Source: Ascidiella aspersa
Taxonomy: Eukaryota
DNA length: 64,000 nt
Assembly (NCBI GenBank): GCA_963924565.1
Contig: OZ004607.1
Location: forward strand, 29,760,001 to 29,824,000
Reading direction: 5' to 3'
Shown here: positions 48,901 to 62,100 of the stretch, piece by piece
How the letters are laid out: each line of letters starts with the position of its first letter
How positions within the stretch are numbered: position 1 is the stretch's first letter
Notes under the pieces: generated by a model
Seen by the model: the letters and a program-made list of their open reading frames with translations, nothing else
What the model was told of the DNA's origin: nothing
Database searches by the model: none
Made by a program: the position numbers and the translations under genes

Positions 48901-51005
48901 CCAAACTGTGTGTCGCGGCACGCTACTGTGCCTCGAGAGATTGTCAAGTGTGCCGCGAAACTTTTTGCAATTTAAAAAAAAGTTATTGATATTACCAATA
49001 AGCATACAAGCATTTACAAAAATACGCAACTATTACAAATCAATAATATTCAGACATTTACATATAGTTTGTTAAAGGCGATCTATAAAATTACTCTTTT
49101 GTTGTTCTGTTAAAAGTGTGCCACGAAATATCAAAGATTGTTTTAGTGTGCCGCAAGCTAAAAAGTTTGACAACCACTGCTTTAATTGTTGCACATTAAT
49201 TTAATTGTTTGATTTGTGGAACATGAAAGGCAATACAAGAAAGAATAAATATCACATGAACACCAAAAAGACTTTCTTTCTTCGCGACAATAATTTCTTG
49301 TTTTGACTGCGATGCTAGACCTATAGAGCTATTTGCGCAAAATAACTAATCGTCATGCAAAAAAGTATGTTTTTTAATATAAGGTTTGGCGTTATTCCTC
49401 TTTTTCTTGTTACAGTAAATGGTAGTTACTGATATACGCAAATAAAAAATGGTCACTGTCCAAAGAACAATTTACATATCTCTCCCTATCGTAAGTTTTC
49501 CTTCATTTGAAATATAGAAAAAGGGTAACAAACAGCAGTGTCGTCTGTTGCCTAGCACGAAAGAGCACAAGAATAATTATAATCTTCTGGACGCTGAAAT
49601 GTATTTTCTCTCATGTCTCTTATTAGCATCTGATTAAAACCCATGTGGTTTATGCCATCCAATATAAACAATTTTTGATATTTGACAGGTCTATAGATAG
49701 CACTGGTGTGAAACGTGGCGTGTTAATTTTTATGACTGTTCTGTAGGCTGCCTGAAAGTTTTCCAGGTCTGCATTGCAGCCGAAATCGATGCGCACTCTT
49801 TCAAATTTACCAATACTTTTGCGAAAATAAAGTCAATATAATTTACGAATGGCCCTAATTTATTTTTAAGAAGCTTTGACCCTATATTAAGAGTTCCCTG
49901 TTTCTAGATTTAATTTTTGAACTGATAAAGCTATTTTTTGAACTGCCAAAGCAAAAAGCAAAACCTGCTCCTCTTTAACCTGATTTTTTTGTTCTTGCTC
50001 TACCGAAAATATAGGCTTACGCCAAAGTTGTCGACAGCCCAGTTTAAATATAGTTTACAACTTTTTGATCGCAGACAACGTATAATATACCACATAATAT
50101 TTATTCTAAGAGCTGATTAGACTACAACTGATAGCGGTAGACCTACTCGTACTCACCTCAGGCAGCATGTGCATAAAGAAGGTGGCAAAGAAGACGCCGG
50201 CAGCCACGCAGTTGAGGAAACTAACCAGCTTCTCACGAAAGCGGCTGCAACAAGAAAAAGACTTTAAGTCCTCGACACAGCAGTTTATCACTCAGAATTT
50301 TAGGTTTTGTCCTCTGTCACGAACAGGAATCGGTGATTTTATAAATTTTTTGGGCCTTTTATTACAATTATTTGTTGTTAAACAGTTGTGAAGTAAATTT
50401 CAAGCCCTCGAGCGCAATTAACTATTTCAATTTAAAAACGACGCAACAACATTTGTTTAAAACAACGTCGGATTGTTTTAGAGTTGAACGTCAAACATTT
50501 TTTGCTTTGACTTTAAAACATTTGAGGTAATATGTCTGTTTCGGCGCGCTTGAATTGTGACGAACTCTTCGGAAACCTTGCGTTCCTTATTAAAACGATG
50601 TCCTATACTGCTTTCACGCTACTTCAATCCTAACAATAATAAAACATACGCAGAAGATGGCCGCTTCGCTGTCTACCCGTCACCAACCGATGTCTACCTA
50701 TCACCAACCGATATCGGCTGCGTCAAAGTCTAACAGCGATCATTATGACTAAATCGAGAATACTTTCGGTGTTTTTTTTTTAATCTAATTTTGACCAGGC
50801 TCCAGCTTGCAAAACTATGTCCACGAGCTTTATAACCCACAGTCGACACTTACACACGGCTTCGAAACGCTCATTCACAGAAATTTTCTGGCTCATACCT
50901 TGGTGAGAGGCATTTGTTGCGCAGGAGGAACGGCAGAAATCCTGCTCCGAATCCGAGAAAGAGCAACACCACAAGGAGCAGCGACTTCTCTGCGGTTAAA
51001 TCCAT
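42995..51005 (-). CDS. SLC39A3: ZIP (SLC39) subfamily II zinc transporter, ZIP1/2/3-like
   Basis: Exons 51005-50899, 50244-50157, 48853-48691, 47302-46804, 43800-43665, 43165-42995. Motifs LNCVAAGVFFATFFMHMLPE, YPYAELILSTGFFFVMLVEQ, His-rich loop, LALSSHALFEGLAIG (TM4), HK (TM5), FSVMAPIGIAVG, QAFASGTFVYVIFIEILPHE. The symbol denotes the subfamily. Confidence 0.93.
43842..44135. mobile_element. hAT MITE in ZIP intron 4
   Basis: caggggtctcaaact / agtttggtgacccatg termini; TSD atttaatc/attaaatc. Confidence 0.75.
45870..45922. repeat. Long poly(T) tracts in ZIP intron 4
   Basis: Two consecutive homopolymer T runs, seen directly. Confidence 0.8.
47560..47672 (-). mobile_element. tRNA-derived SINE fragment (pol III A and B boxes), anticodon arm deleted
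   Basis: Minus strand GCCTGTG-TAGCTCAGTTGGTAGAG-TGACCGTCCC-GAGTTCGAAGCTC-AC-CGCAGGC: 7-bp acceptor stem, A box and B box, but only 56 nt; shares its 3' flank ttctagcctg with the copy at 13.2 kb. Confidence 0.75.
48892..49179. mobile_element. Second copy of the gtgccgc hAT MITE, in ZIP intron 2
   Basis: cagtgctacccaaac...gtttgacaaccactg; TSD ctttgatt/ctttaatt; internal similarity to 42676-42934. Confidence 0.85.
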
Positions 51006-54000
51006 GCCGGTGTGAGAGAATTTCCTGATTTCTTGGAGAACAAGTAACCGCGGCGCCGACGCATTTGTCTGACGACCTCGATCGCGTAAGTATCGCTATT
51101 TGAAACTGCAGGATGGCCGGTTCGAAATTCCCACGAGGGGCATTTTCCTTCTTCTTCCCGCATTAGCCGGTAAAGCGGTCTTTATTGGGAAAGAAGCGAC
51201 CGAAACACAGGTTTTGTGTTCATTTGCGCGCACGGCAAGTTTTCGATTATGTTGCGCGCCCGGCTCAATCAATACGCGTCGGTCATCAGACGACGTCGGT
51301 AAAGCCATCGATCCTCCCATCGAGCCGACCCCGCGAGAAATCGCTTGTCAGTTTCTGTCGCGAGCGCAATGTACAAAACGCGGGCAATTAAACAGGTAAC
51401 GACGCGCCCCCATTGCGTCTTTCCTTTTTCCCTGTTAACTATCAAAGCTGTTTTGTGACTTTTGCAAACGCCCGTCCACAACATACCATAAATCGAAGAA
51501 TGGCTAATTGCGTTAAAATATATTGGCGCCCACAATCAATCGTATATGATTAATTGCGTACTACAGTGCGATACATTTTTTAAATGAAATAGAAAAAAGA
51601 GGCCTGGAAAAGAGGAGCGGTTATTGTGACTCTTGGAAAGGCGATCACATAAGGCACTAATATGGTTTTATAAAAATTGCTGCAATAAATTATGGAAGAG
51701 GCTATTTACCCGGCTAACAAAGTAATTTAAATTTATGCGTAATAATCATTAATGGGTGTAGCCCAGTGTTCCTCAGCCTTGTTTTGCGGCGACACAAAAT
51801 AAAAGTACAACAGCCAACCTTAGACGACCCAATTCACATCACTGAACTTTTCGTAAGAAAAAAGTAAACAAAATACCAAAAAGACGATAGCATGATTCAA
51901 CTATCTTTATTTAATATCAATCATTTCTTTGTATTGCTTCCGATTTCTTTTTTAATTTTGAAGAAATCTTGCGTAGAACCGATATTAAATCTAACTGTGT
52001 GAACTACGGCAGTCGGCGATTCAAACAAATTAAACGGCATCCGATTTTTTTTTTTTTTTTTTTCTGGTGTAGGCTATGTACAGTATGACTTGCTAACAAA
52101 GTAATTTAAATGGATTAGACCAGTGCTTCTCAACCTTTTTTCGTCGCGATCCAAAAAAGCGTAGGTACAACAGCAAAGCTGTTATATCCCACTTCTCTTT
52201 ATTGGACTAATTATTGCTACTGAACTTAACAGTGGAATTTTTTCAGAACTAATTAATTTAACTATATTTAACTATAGCCGACGGCGACTTTTAAGAAACA
52301 CTGATGTGGACGATAAATCATGATCTAATGCAAGTTGAGGAATTTGAAATTACTAAAAAGTTGACGAATTTGAATTTATTGTTAGTAATCCAGACACTAA
52401 TCCAGGCAACGTATTTTCACGATATAAATACAGTATCATATTTTGTCTTCTCCTAAGAAACATACCAAGTGGGTCACGTCGAACTGCCTTTGAAACGAAG
52501 AATTTCACCATTCTAATTTAGGAACTTTTTGTTACTGAAAATAAATTGTAAGCCTGAACGGCTCGCGGGAATGGCAATCACCAAATCACCGATGATGCAA
52601 CCTAACTCTTTAATCGCTATTACGAACTACGGTCGTTTTACCCTGTGTTATGGAAAATCCATACTATCGATATTTGACATGCATAATTAACGATTAGGCT
52701 ACCCAGATATGCTCCACAGCAACGCAAATCTACCGTTCAACTGCAACCGCTGATATACATATCATGTCGATTCCAAACAAGCGTATATCTGTTTGTGTCA
52801 AAATTGTAAGGTCAGATGATGATTAACCTCAAAGTTTATTTGGCATGGCTCGAAGCCTTATATAACCTATGAGCTTTTCTGCATTGATTTTTGTTTTTGC
52901 AGTTCTTAAAACTGCTTTATCGATGGATCAGTATACGACATTTGCACTTAAGAAGGTATAACGTACTTTTAAATTACCATGAACACCTCAATATTACAGA
53001 CAAAAAGATCCAAAATTAAAGGGTCGCGACTAAGCATAGATCAATTTTGCAAAACGTATTTTATTTTATTACGTTAAAACGATTTTATTTATTAAATATT
53101 AAGCATTCTTTCACGCTGGTTAATTCTTTATGACCAGCAATTTCCATAAACTCAATGAACAGTTTAGGTCACTTGTTCAGCTCCGTTTTGGCTTCGTGTT
53201 GTATGATATGTTGGAAGTGCACCAGGGCTGTGGAGACGGGTGGAAATAACCCGATTTTCTCAAGTACGACCCTGGCAAATTTACCGAACCCAACTAGTCT
53301 CGAGTCCGACTCTCGACTATTTTTTACACCTGTATTTCACCCATTTAGGTAACCAAAAAAGGTGAGTATATACAGAAATGTACTCATAGGGTTGTCATAT
53401 ACTTTATCCACCAACAATATATGGTTGGACAGTATTCCACCACATGCTATTCTATCTTTACAACTAACAGTTTTCGGCCGTATCATTTTTTTTTAAAAAC
53501 CGACTCCGCCGAGTCCCGTGTTGCGACTTCGAACCCGCAGCCAGCTGAAGAGCACAATCAGCGAATCTTTTTTAGGTGCGTACGACGCCTTAGGTTCTAC
53601 GTAGGATCCCTATCGATTAAAGTATATACTGCACATATTAATTCAAATATACCCTTCGACGAACAGGCGTTTTTAGTTATTTTTCGTACGGTACCTATGC
53701 ACTCTTGTATGATAATATTCTTTTCATATTAACATATATACTATTCTTACGTGATTTTTAGCTGTATTTATGGATTGATTTTAAAATGAAAACTGTCGGT
53801 TACGTAGGAATAAAAACATTATTCCGTAGAACGACCCTTATAGGAGAGAGTCCGACAATTAGTTTTTGGCGTTTTATGGGCCTATGGTTTATCGAACTGA
53901 AAGGTATACAATATGATTATCACAATACGTTTACTTTAAAGATTATGTATATATATATGCTTTTGTGTGGTTTGCAGTGTTTCCCAAATTCGTCAGAGGA

Positions 54001-56116
54001 CCGGCGCCAACTTTGTCCGATTTAATTTAAAATCTTTGCAAAAAGCGTATTTAGGCAATATATATGTTGTTTTGCTCTTATGGTTCTGGCAATTGACTTA
54101 GGCCCTTGGGGTATAGTTTTATAATCGAAATAGTGTCGCCGTTTGGCCGAAAGTAGTCCTCCACATTGCTGCAAACTGTCATGACCCTGCACAGCCACTG
54201 CGAAACAAACACTGAGTAAATTGATGTGTTTGCGTTCGCGGTGGTGAGCAAAAGTGATTTGTGGTTGCGCCACTTCAGCAAAATGCAAGGTTATAAATGG
54301 CACGCGACGTCTATTGGTGGCATGCTAAGGGCATGAGCTAAGCAGCACGCGGCCTAAAATTGCCCGAGGGGTCGCGCTTCGAGCGGGCCATGACTTTGTC
54401 GACCTTTCGAGGATCAACAAACACTTGAGTCTACGAGTTTGGCGAGCTTTTTAGTAGTAAACACTACCTGACAAAAAACTAATCGCACCGAAGTGATTTC
54501 TTAGTATTTTGAAGGCAAGCTGTAACAAAGTTATTCTTTTCGTTTCAATATAAAGTTTTTGTAAGCTGGTGCTCTGTCAGTGCTAGGATCAGTTTGGTAA
54601 AGGATGACCCTACTTAGACAAGTCGCCATTTGTTTATAGCTTATGTTGCTTAAGGCTGCGCGTTCTGGCTGCGGGAAATTTTGTATAGACAACTCTATAG
54701 CACCATTAGGCTTTTTAATGATGCAAGCAATATTTCCGTTTCGTAAAAAAAAGCAAAAAAGCATGAGTCATAAGTTCTATAGATTCGGATTTGGCGTAAC
54801 ATTGCAATTTCTGCACGTAATAAACTTTCACAATTAAGGCTTCAGTTTTTTGTAATTAACACAACGAGTAGTTCATGTCAATTGCTTGTCGTATAGCCTG
54901 ATTTAAACGGTCTTCTGAATAACATAATAATGGCTATAGGATTTTAATATCCATACTTACATGAATCATATCACAAGTTCTCAGATTGTAGATAAAATTA
55001 CAAACATGTAAACTTACATTGTAGGGCTAAAAAATGTAAAGGAAGATTTAAATATCGGCTAGTGTTTAAGGATTTATATAATGACATGTTGATCGACACA
55101 GTGAATTGTCAGTCGAGTGTTTTCGATACAATATTTAGTCGTTTCCCACATTACACATTAAGTCCCACTATAAGCCCTTGGTATGTGTATTCACAACAGA
55201 ATCTTACCCTCCAACAGAACACATAATGCCGACGATAAAAGTTCTAAAATTTTTAATAAAAGCTTGAGAAGCGCACCGCTCCGAACAAAAATCAGTCAGC
55301 AAGGTCTAAAACTTTTAATACAAATATGCATTTCGCCATATAAAATGGCATCATCAGTTTGTCTGTACAAATAAATCGTAAAAAAATAAAATGTAAAATA
55401 TATTAATAAAATATACATTCAAGACGAACAAAGACAAAAACAGTCTGCGTATAAACGCCAACCACCAAAGTGAAAACAAAAGCAAAGGGAGCATGCGATA
55501 CGTGTATAGCGGCCGCAGAAAGCCACTGATAAAAACACGGCCAGGAGGGAAGCGGTATGAGAATAAGTGACGTAGAAAAACACGGTAGATAAGAAAATAG
55601 GATGACGGATTGACGGTGGAAAGGCAAAAGCAAACCTAAAACAACAGTTAGACAAGAAACGGCATATAGCTCACATCCCGAAAAATGAAACGGTACAGCG
55701 CACAACGAAAACCGAAAGACGATAAACGAAAACACAAATCCGCAAAATTATATATAAAAAATATATATAAAAAATAAGCCATTGGTTTAAAAAAAAATGA
55801 CCATTTATTTTATGTAAATCGACAAAAACCTTGCACTTTTGTTGCATCCAGGCTTGTCTGTTCATTCATGCCTGTCAATAAAGTGTCCGTCCATCGGTAA
55901 TCCAGCAGAAACGCCTTTCAGTTTTTCACAGAGTAAGCCCGATTTGTTTATTCTCAGCTGTCGCGCACGTTTTACGTCACGTCAATAACAGTTTCAGCCG
56001 CTCTAAAATCGGATTAAATTGGATCGCTCGTGTTTACCTCGAACCGAGGCGGTACGATTCACGCACAAGTTTGGCGCAACTTTCATTTGTGATTTGATCC
56101 GCAGAAACCTAGCGAA

Positions 56117-59100
56117 ATGAAGCGCGGGCAACTCTTGTCTGTTGCGCTGCTATGCCTGGCGAGCAGGGTTCGGAGTCAGTTTGCTTCAGGTAAGTAGGTA
56201 GCGGCTTTCAGTACCTATTTTGCCTGTAAATGCTTGATGTTGCACAAGGCTAGAACAGTTTCATTATGAATAACTGGTTTTACCAATATGAATAGAGTGC
56301 TAGCCACAGCAAACATACTAATTTAGTATATAGTGTAGTTTCAGCAGTAGTGAAAGTAAGCCAGAACGTTTGAGGAATTGCTGACGCTACGGTTCCGGTA
56401 AAAATGTCTGTACCCGTGAAATATGTTTTTTTTTCACCAGGCCATCTATTTTTTTGACAAGCCACTATCTCCTTTTAAATAAGGATTTCGTGTGCATATT
56501 TAGAAAACCTCCTGTTTCCAAAAGTTGATTTATACGTCTCGTTTTGATTTGTTTTAGACGTCGCGTTCGTAACTTTGTAATGGCATCTCTGAAGTATTGA
56601 TGCGTTCCAGGAAAAATAGTTTTTATCGTTTCGGCAAATTATTTTTACTTTTACTTCAAGTTTTAGCATTCATAATATTCGAAATAAATAAAACGTTTTT
56701 TAATTCAATTTTACCATAGAATATCTAATGAAAACAATGAAGTCCAATATGAAACCTTTGTGTACAAAATAAGTTTTTTTATTTGACTTTGGGTCTTTGA
56801 GTTAGGTTGTGCGACACTCGCAAAACGCAAGTTGCTTTTCCAACAGATTATTGCCACGGTCAACCAACACCACTGAACGGCAGGAAATGGTGTAACTTCA
56901 CTTTGAGTGCCAACGAGGTCGGGTCGAAATGCTACTTCACTTGCAACGAAGGTAGGCCTAAGCTAAAGTAACTAATGCGCCTATATATATATACAGTATA
57001 TATAGGCTACTTCCTGTAAACCAGTGAACTACAAACTTTTTTTCAAGCGGCCAAATATTAGGGCTGCGGAGTCAGTTAAAAGTAACCCGAGTCCCGAGTC
57101 CGACTCCGGCTAAATGTGCCATTTCATTAAGTCCCGAGTTGAGCTCCGACTCTATACAGCCTGTATTTCACCGTATTTGCTTAACTAAAATAAGGTGGAT
57201 ATTGCAATCCACTGATAGGAGTGTCATATAATTCACCCAATACACAGTACAGGATTGAAAACTATTCCACCATTTGCCATTACATTTTTACAATTTACAG
57301 TTTGCGGCTTTATCAGTTTCGAAATTTGGTAACACTTATGCACACATCGGACTTGGGTCTCGGGTATTTTTTCTTAGTCTTACTGGAATCCCGATACCCG
57401 GATCCGACTCCAGCAAAACAAACCAACTCCGTCGAGTCCCAAGTCCGACTCCGACTCCTCAGCCCTGTCCAAAATACTCTTGTAAGAGCTATTGAAGCCT
57501 GAGAGATAAATAATGCTAGATTTTTACTAAACCTTCTGTCTTTTATTCATATAACAGCAACATTTTTAATACAATTAATTTCAAAGTATAGGCCGTTATT
57601 TGCTTAAAATGAAAAAGCTATTGGTTTATATTTTAGAGCATAATTGTTGGAGGTTGTAGTAAGACGTATAGTAAGAATATCAAATACCATTATGAAGTCG
57701 GTATCATATTGAACGTATCAAAAAGCTCTTTATTAATTTTTAATATAGTGAAAATGCCCTGATTTTAAGTATATATATATACTGCTGAGGCAGTCTGCAG
57801 TAAAGAACCTTGTTTTCTTCTTTTGTGTAGTATGCCTCGGCAATATATATAATTATATATATACTTAGAATCAGTGCCTTCTCACTATGTTGAAAATGTA
57901 TTCGAAACGTTCAAAATGATACCTACATTTATAAGGACTTTTATATTCTTACACGGTTTATGTTTTGGTTTAAATATATTAGGCTACTTTTGGATATGAA
58001 TAAAGCATAATTATAAAAAGTCATATTGGGAATTTAACCCTATTCAACAAAGTTCAATTTTGTGTTTTTTTCACCATTTATTTAAGTAAAGTTTTTAGTA
58101 AGTTTATTAAGATAACACGATATACCTTAGTTGGTTCAGGTAAGGAAAGAAAGAGGATAGCTCATCCATTGAATTACTCACTCCGACCCGCTATTATTAC
58201 AGTAGGCTATGGCCTTGGCGTCTTTCGGAAACCTGATTTATATTTGCAGGCTTCTACTTGACCGAAACGCCAACGAACGAGTGCGTAAAGACTAAGATGG
58301 TAAACAAGAATATCGTCATGTTCTCTAAAAGACCTGGACTGTGCCTACGTAAGCTTAATGTTTTCAAGAAAATAAAGGTTATGATCCATAGGCCTACATC
58401 AAATAAAGCACTCTTGGTGTTTGCAAAAAAGCCTTAAAAAAGTCTTTGGCTTTCGTGTTTAACGAAAAAATTGAATTAAAACAAGTTTGTCTTGAAACTG
58501 GTTCAACATTTTAACTGTCATTTTTGGTGATAGCAATATGTGTATCAAATTATAAAAAAATAGTGTATTCTAAGAATTTGCTCTTTTTAACAACTGGGTC
58601 TTTAGCCCTTCAATTGCAACATGCAATCTTTTTTACAAGATTTCGCAAGTTGGAAATGTTGTTCGCGCTTTTTGGAACAAATTGCAGATATATCACCAAT
58701 GGCTGTTCGTATTTTTGTTTGGATAACAATGGCGGGGACTTTTACACTCTTCTAAAACATATGCTCTATAAACTTCGTCACAATTCTACATTTTGCGCAA
58801 TCTCAAGCCTTGGTTATACCCCGAAGGCAATGTAGCTTTATAATATAGAACCACACATGATATGTAGAGCTATCGCTAAACTTTTTCTTCAGATCTATTA
58901 AAAGGGTCTTGACGTGGTTCTCTCGAAGATTATTAAATGTAGTACATTTAGTCTTCTGCAAAGGTGAAGTGTATCAATAAACGTAAAATGCTTATCCCGT
59001 ACGCAAAATAAATAAAATTTATAAGAAATTGTCAAAACGGCACCGATATTTCTTAATTTTTAGTCGCTTTTTGTTAACTTGGAGCCCCTAAACTATATTT

Positions 59101-62100
59101 TTTGCCTACGTTGCAACCTCCCTTCCATTTCCGGCATATCTTACCGATTTTGATAAATTTGGGTTGGTCCATTACAAACTAAACAATAAAATAGCGTTTT
59201 GTTCACTTTGTGAGATTTGATAACATTTTTGTAATATAGATTTTTGTGTTGAAAGTAACACCACTTTAACAAAATAAACGAAATGTGTCGCATTTTTAGG
59301 ATTCTTTATTGCGTCACGTGAAGATATAACTTTGTGACGTCGCGCTTTGACTTAACGTTGTGATGTCATTTATGAAAACTTTAAACTAAGCTATACGTGA
59401 AAAGCATGGCACAATAAAGTGCACAATAGTCAAGTGGTTAGCAACGCAATTAAGATAAAACGAAACTGCATTAGCAGCTTTTTTGCCTTCGCAGCGCGGG
59501 CGCCCAAGTTTCAGCTGGGCGACAACGGACCATTCCAGATTGTGGCGATGTTCAATTACCACCACTGGTTGGTGAAAGACGACGACAGCTTGAGCGACGG
59601 CTCACCTACCAGTTCTAGGCCCTTCTACGTCAAGAGGCCCGGGCTCACTGAAGAAGACGACAGCGTGTCGATATTTATTTCACATTCGCAGGTAAAAGTC
59701 TTTTTTCTCCTGGTGGTTATGTTACTTGATGGGCACCATATGAAATCAGTAATAAATATTGGTGCAGCTGGTGTACCGCATAAGTCAGTGCTTCTCAACC
59801 TATGGGTCGCGACCCAAAATTGGGTCGCTGTTTGATTTGGTTGGGTCGGTGACTGCAGAATTCACATGTTTATACTAATTGAGATTGTTTCTGAGCAAGA
59901 TTTCTAAATTAGAAAAATTAAGGAAGCAATACAAATAATGTCTAATAATTATAATAGTTATTAAAATTCGAAATTCTTTATGCTAATGCCTAGTTTTTGT
60001 TTGATTGCAAGCAGCTAGTTTTTTAGTTCGCTTACAAGAAAAAAAAAACCTTAGTCGTCATACTTACACTTAATATTTGGGTCGCCGCGAAAAGGGTTGA
60101 GAAACACTGGCATAAGTAGTACAGCTGGTGTACAGTACTTCAAGTGAACCAAACGAGATCAAACAAATAAACAAAGTTTGAGTACCACTCGATGAAGTGA
60201 ACTTACATCTTAATTCTTCCAAACTCTAATGTATATAGGCCTATTCATTTACTCAAAACAAGCATCAGTGTTTTTGTGATTTGAAAACACTATTGTCGTA
60301 TAGTTTATATCTAACGAGATGAGGCCATTCTACCAATCTTTTTGTAACACTAACTAAGACAGGTTGGCAAGGTAACATGTTATCAGTGATATTTACCTTT
60401 AGTACAATAACTGACTTTCAAATAAAAAAAATTTATTAAATTCAAATACGAAACTGAAACAAGGTAAACTTGTCGCTCCAATGATAAGAAGTAACAAGTT
60501 TTGGGAACTTGGAACTTTATACAAAGGTAATATACAGTAGTGTGTACACTGCTCCCCCTTAAAGGTAGAAGAACCAGTTATTTTTAAGGTTTCTTTCCTG
60601 CGCAATCTTAAAAATGTTGGTTATATAATGTTTTGGTATTAACTATATTGTACACGTGTGTTGTGTAATTTATATAAAGCCACAGCAAATTTGTAAACTT
60701 TTTCGAAAGAGCCCTGTGTCTTCCAAAAAAAGATGGGAGAATAGATTAAAAGTTTACCTTGCATGTATAGCAATGACCGTCAAACGTAATAAATACAAAG
60801 GACCCTTGTTTTAGTAATTAGGTGTCATGTTCTGTTTATCCAAAAAAGCTTAAATATCGCACTAAAAAAATGGAAAGTTAAATAAAACGTTGCTATGTTT
60901 TTGATTTTAGTAAATTATTATTAATGTTCGTTTGGCATTTCGCAAATTTAATTTATTGCGGGCAGTGTTCCATGGATCAACAAAGGTTCAAGAAAACACA
61001 GCAATATACCCGTTTTAGGTGATGATTAAAAGTAAAAATCCCCCCTCTCCTAAAACGCTCTCCACGCACTTAAATCAGTTCGCGCGTTCCAGCGTGGGAA
61101 TCACTGGTCGAATCTAATATAAAACAACAACATATTTCTATGTTAAAGATTGGAACTTATAAGTGACTGTCTTTGACTAAAACAGAAAAGTCTAAAGTAT
61201 AATTGCTCCCATTTGAAGTCATTGTTGTCAGGTACGTGTAAGTTTCAAGTTTAACACACGCAAAATAGAAAAGTAAATAACGTTATCGGATTTGGGGAAG
61301 GATCAGCCTTGAACCACAAGTGGTTATACAAAGAGACCGACCCTGAAACCGACCCTGTAGGGGCGAGGAGATAACTTTCCTATTTTACACATTCAGTCTG
61401 TCATATCAAACAATTCTTCCGTTTCAGGACAATCACGCGGGTATTATGGAAAAGCCGTCTGAGCTTGATGCGAAGTACATTATTAACATGGAACACATCT
61501 TAATGCTGCATACGCCTATTCTAGACGGTACGGGAGCTATGGACTTCATGAGGATTGCGACCTTTATTATACACGAGGACTACTTCTATCCGGTGCGTAA
61601 AAATATCCAATACTAGAGCGAAAAAAATACCTAAACCCAGTATGAGATCAATTATTTTGCTTTCAGTATAAGAAACCTTGAACTAATGCTTTTATTGGTG
61701 TTGCAAATCACTTTTTGAGTCATTGTCCAAAAGTATGACAAGGCGATACACACTCAGTCACATGTTTCGTAGAACTCTAGATATGTCGCGCAACTTAAGC
61801 TACAGTTATCTTCCACTAAATAATTAGAATCGCAGAATAACATTTTTGCAACGTAAAAAATTAAGTTAAGAAAAAATAGAATTTAAGTTAGGAAAATATA
61901 AGGTTTGAAACCATATTAATTTTATTGTTGCGATATTTTGGTTTGAATGACATTGTGTTGTAAGACGGAGAAAAACAATTTTAGCATAATCGAGGTTTAA
62001 CTATAACCTTGTGGACCTCCCAACCTTATTTTACTTAGCGGTTCTTTTTATCAAGAAATTATAGGGCCGACAATGAAGAATGAAAAGCCTAATTCACTTA

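Noticed and set aside
53421-55374. Several 60-100-aa ORFs upstream of ZIP
   Set aside because: No recognisable motifs, partial overlap with MITE sequence, no phase-consistent exons.
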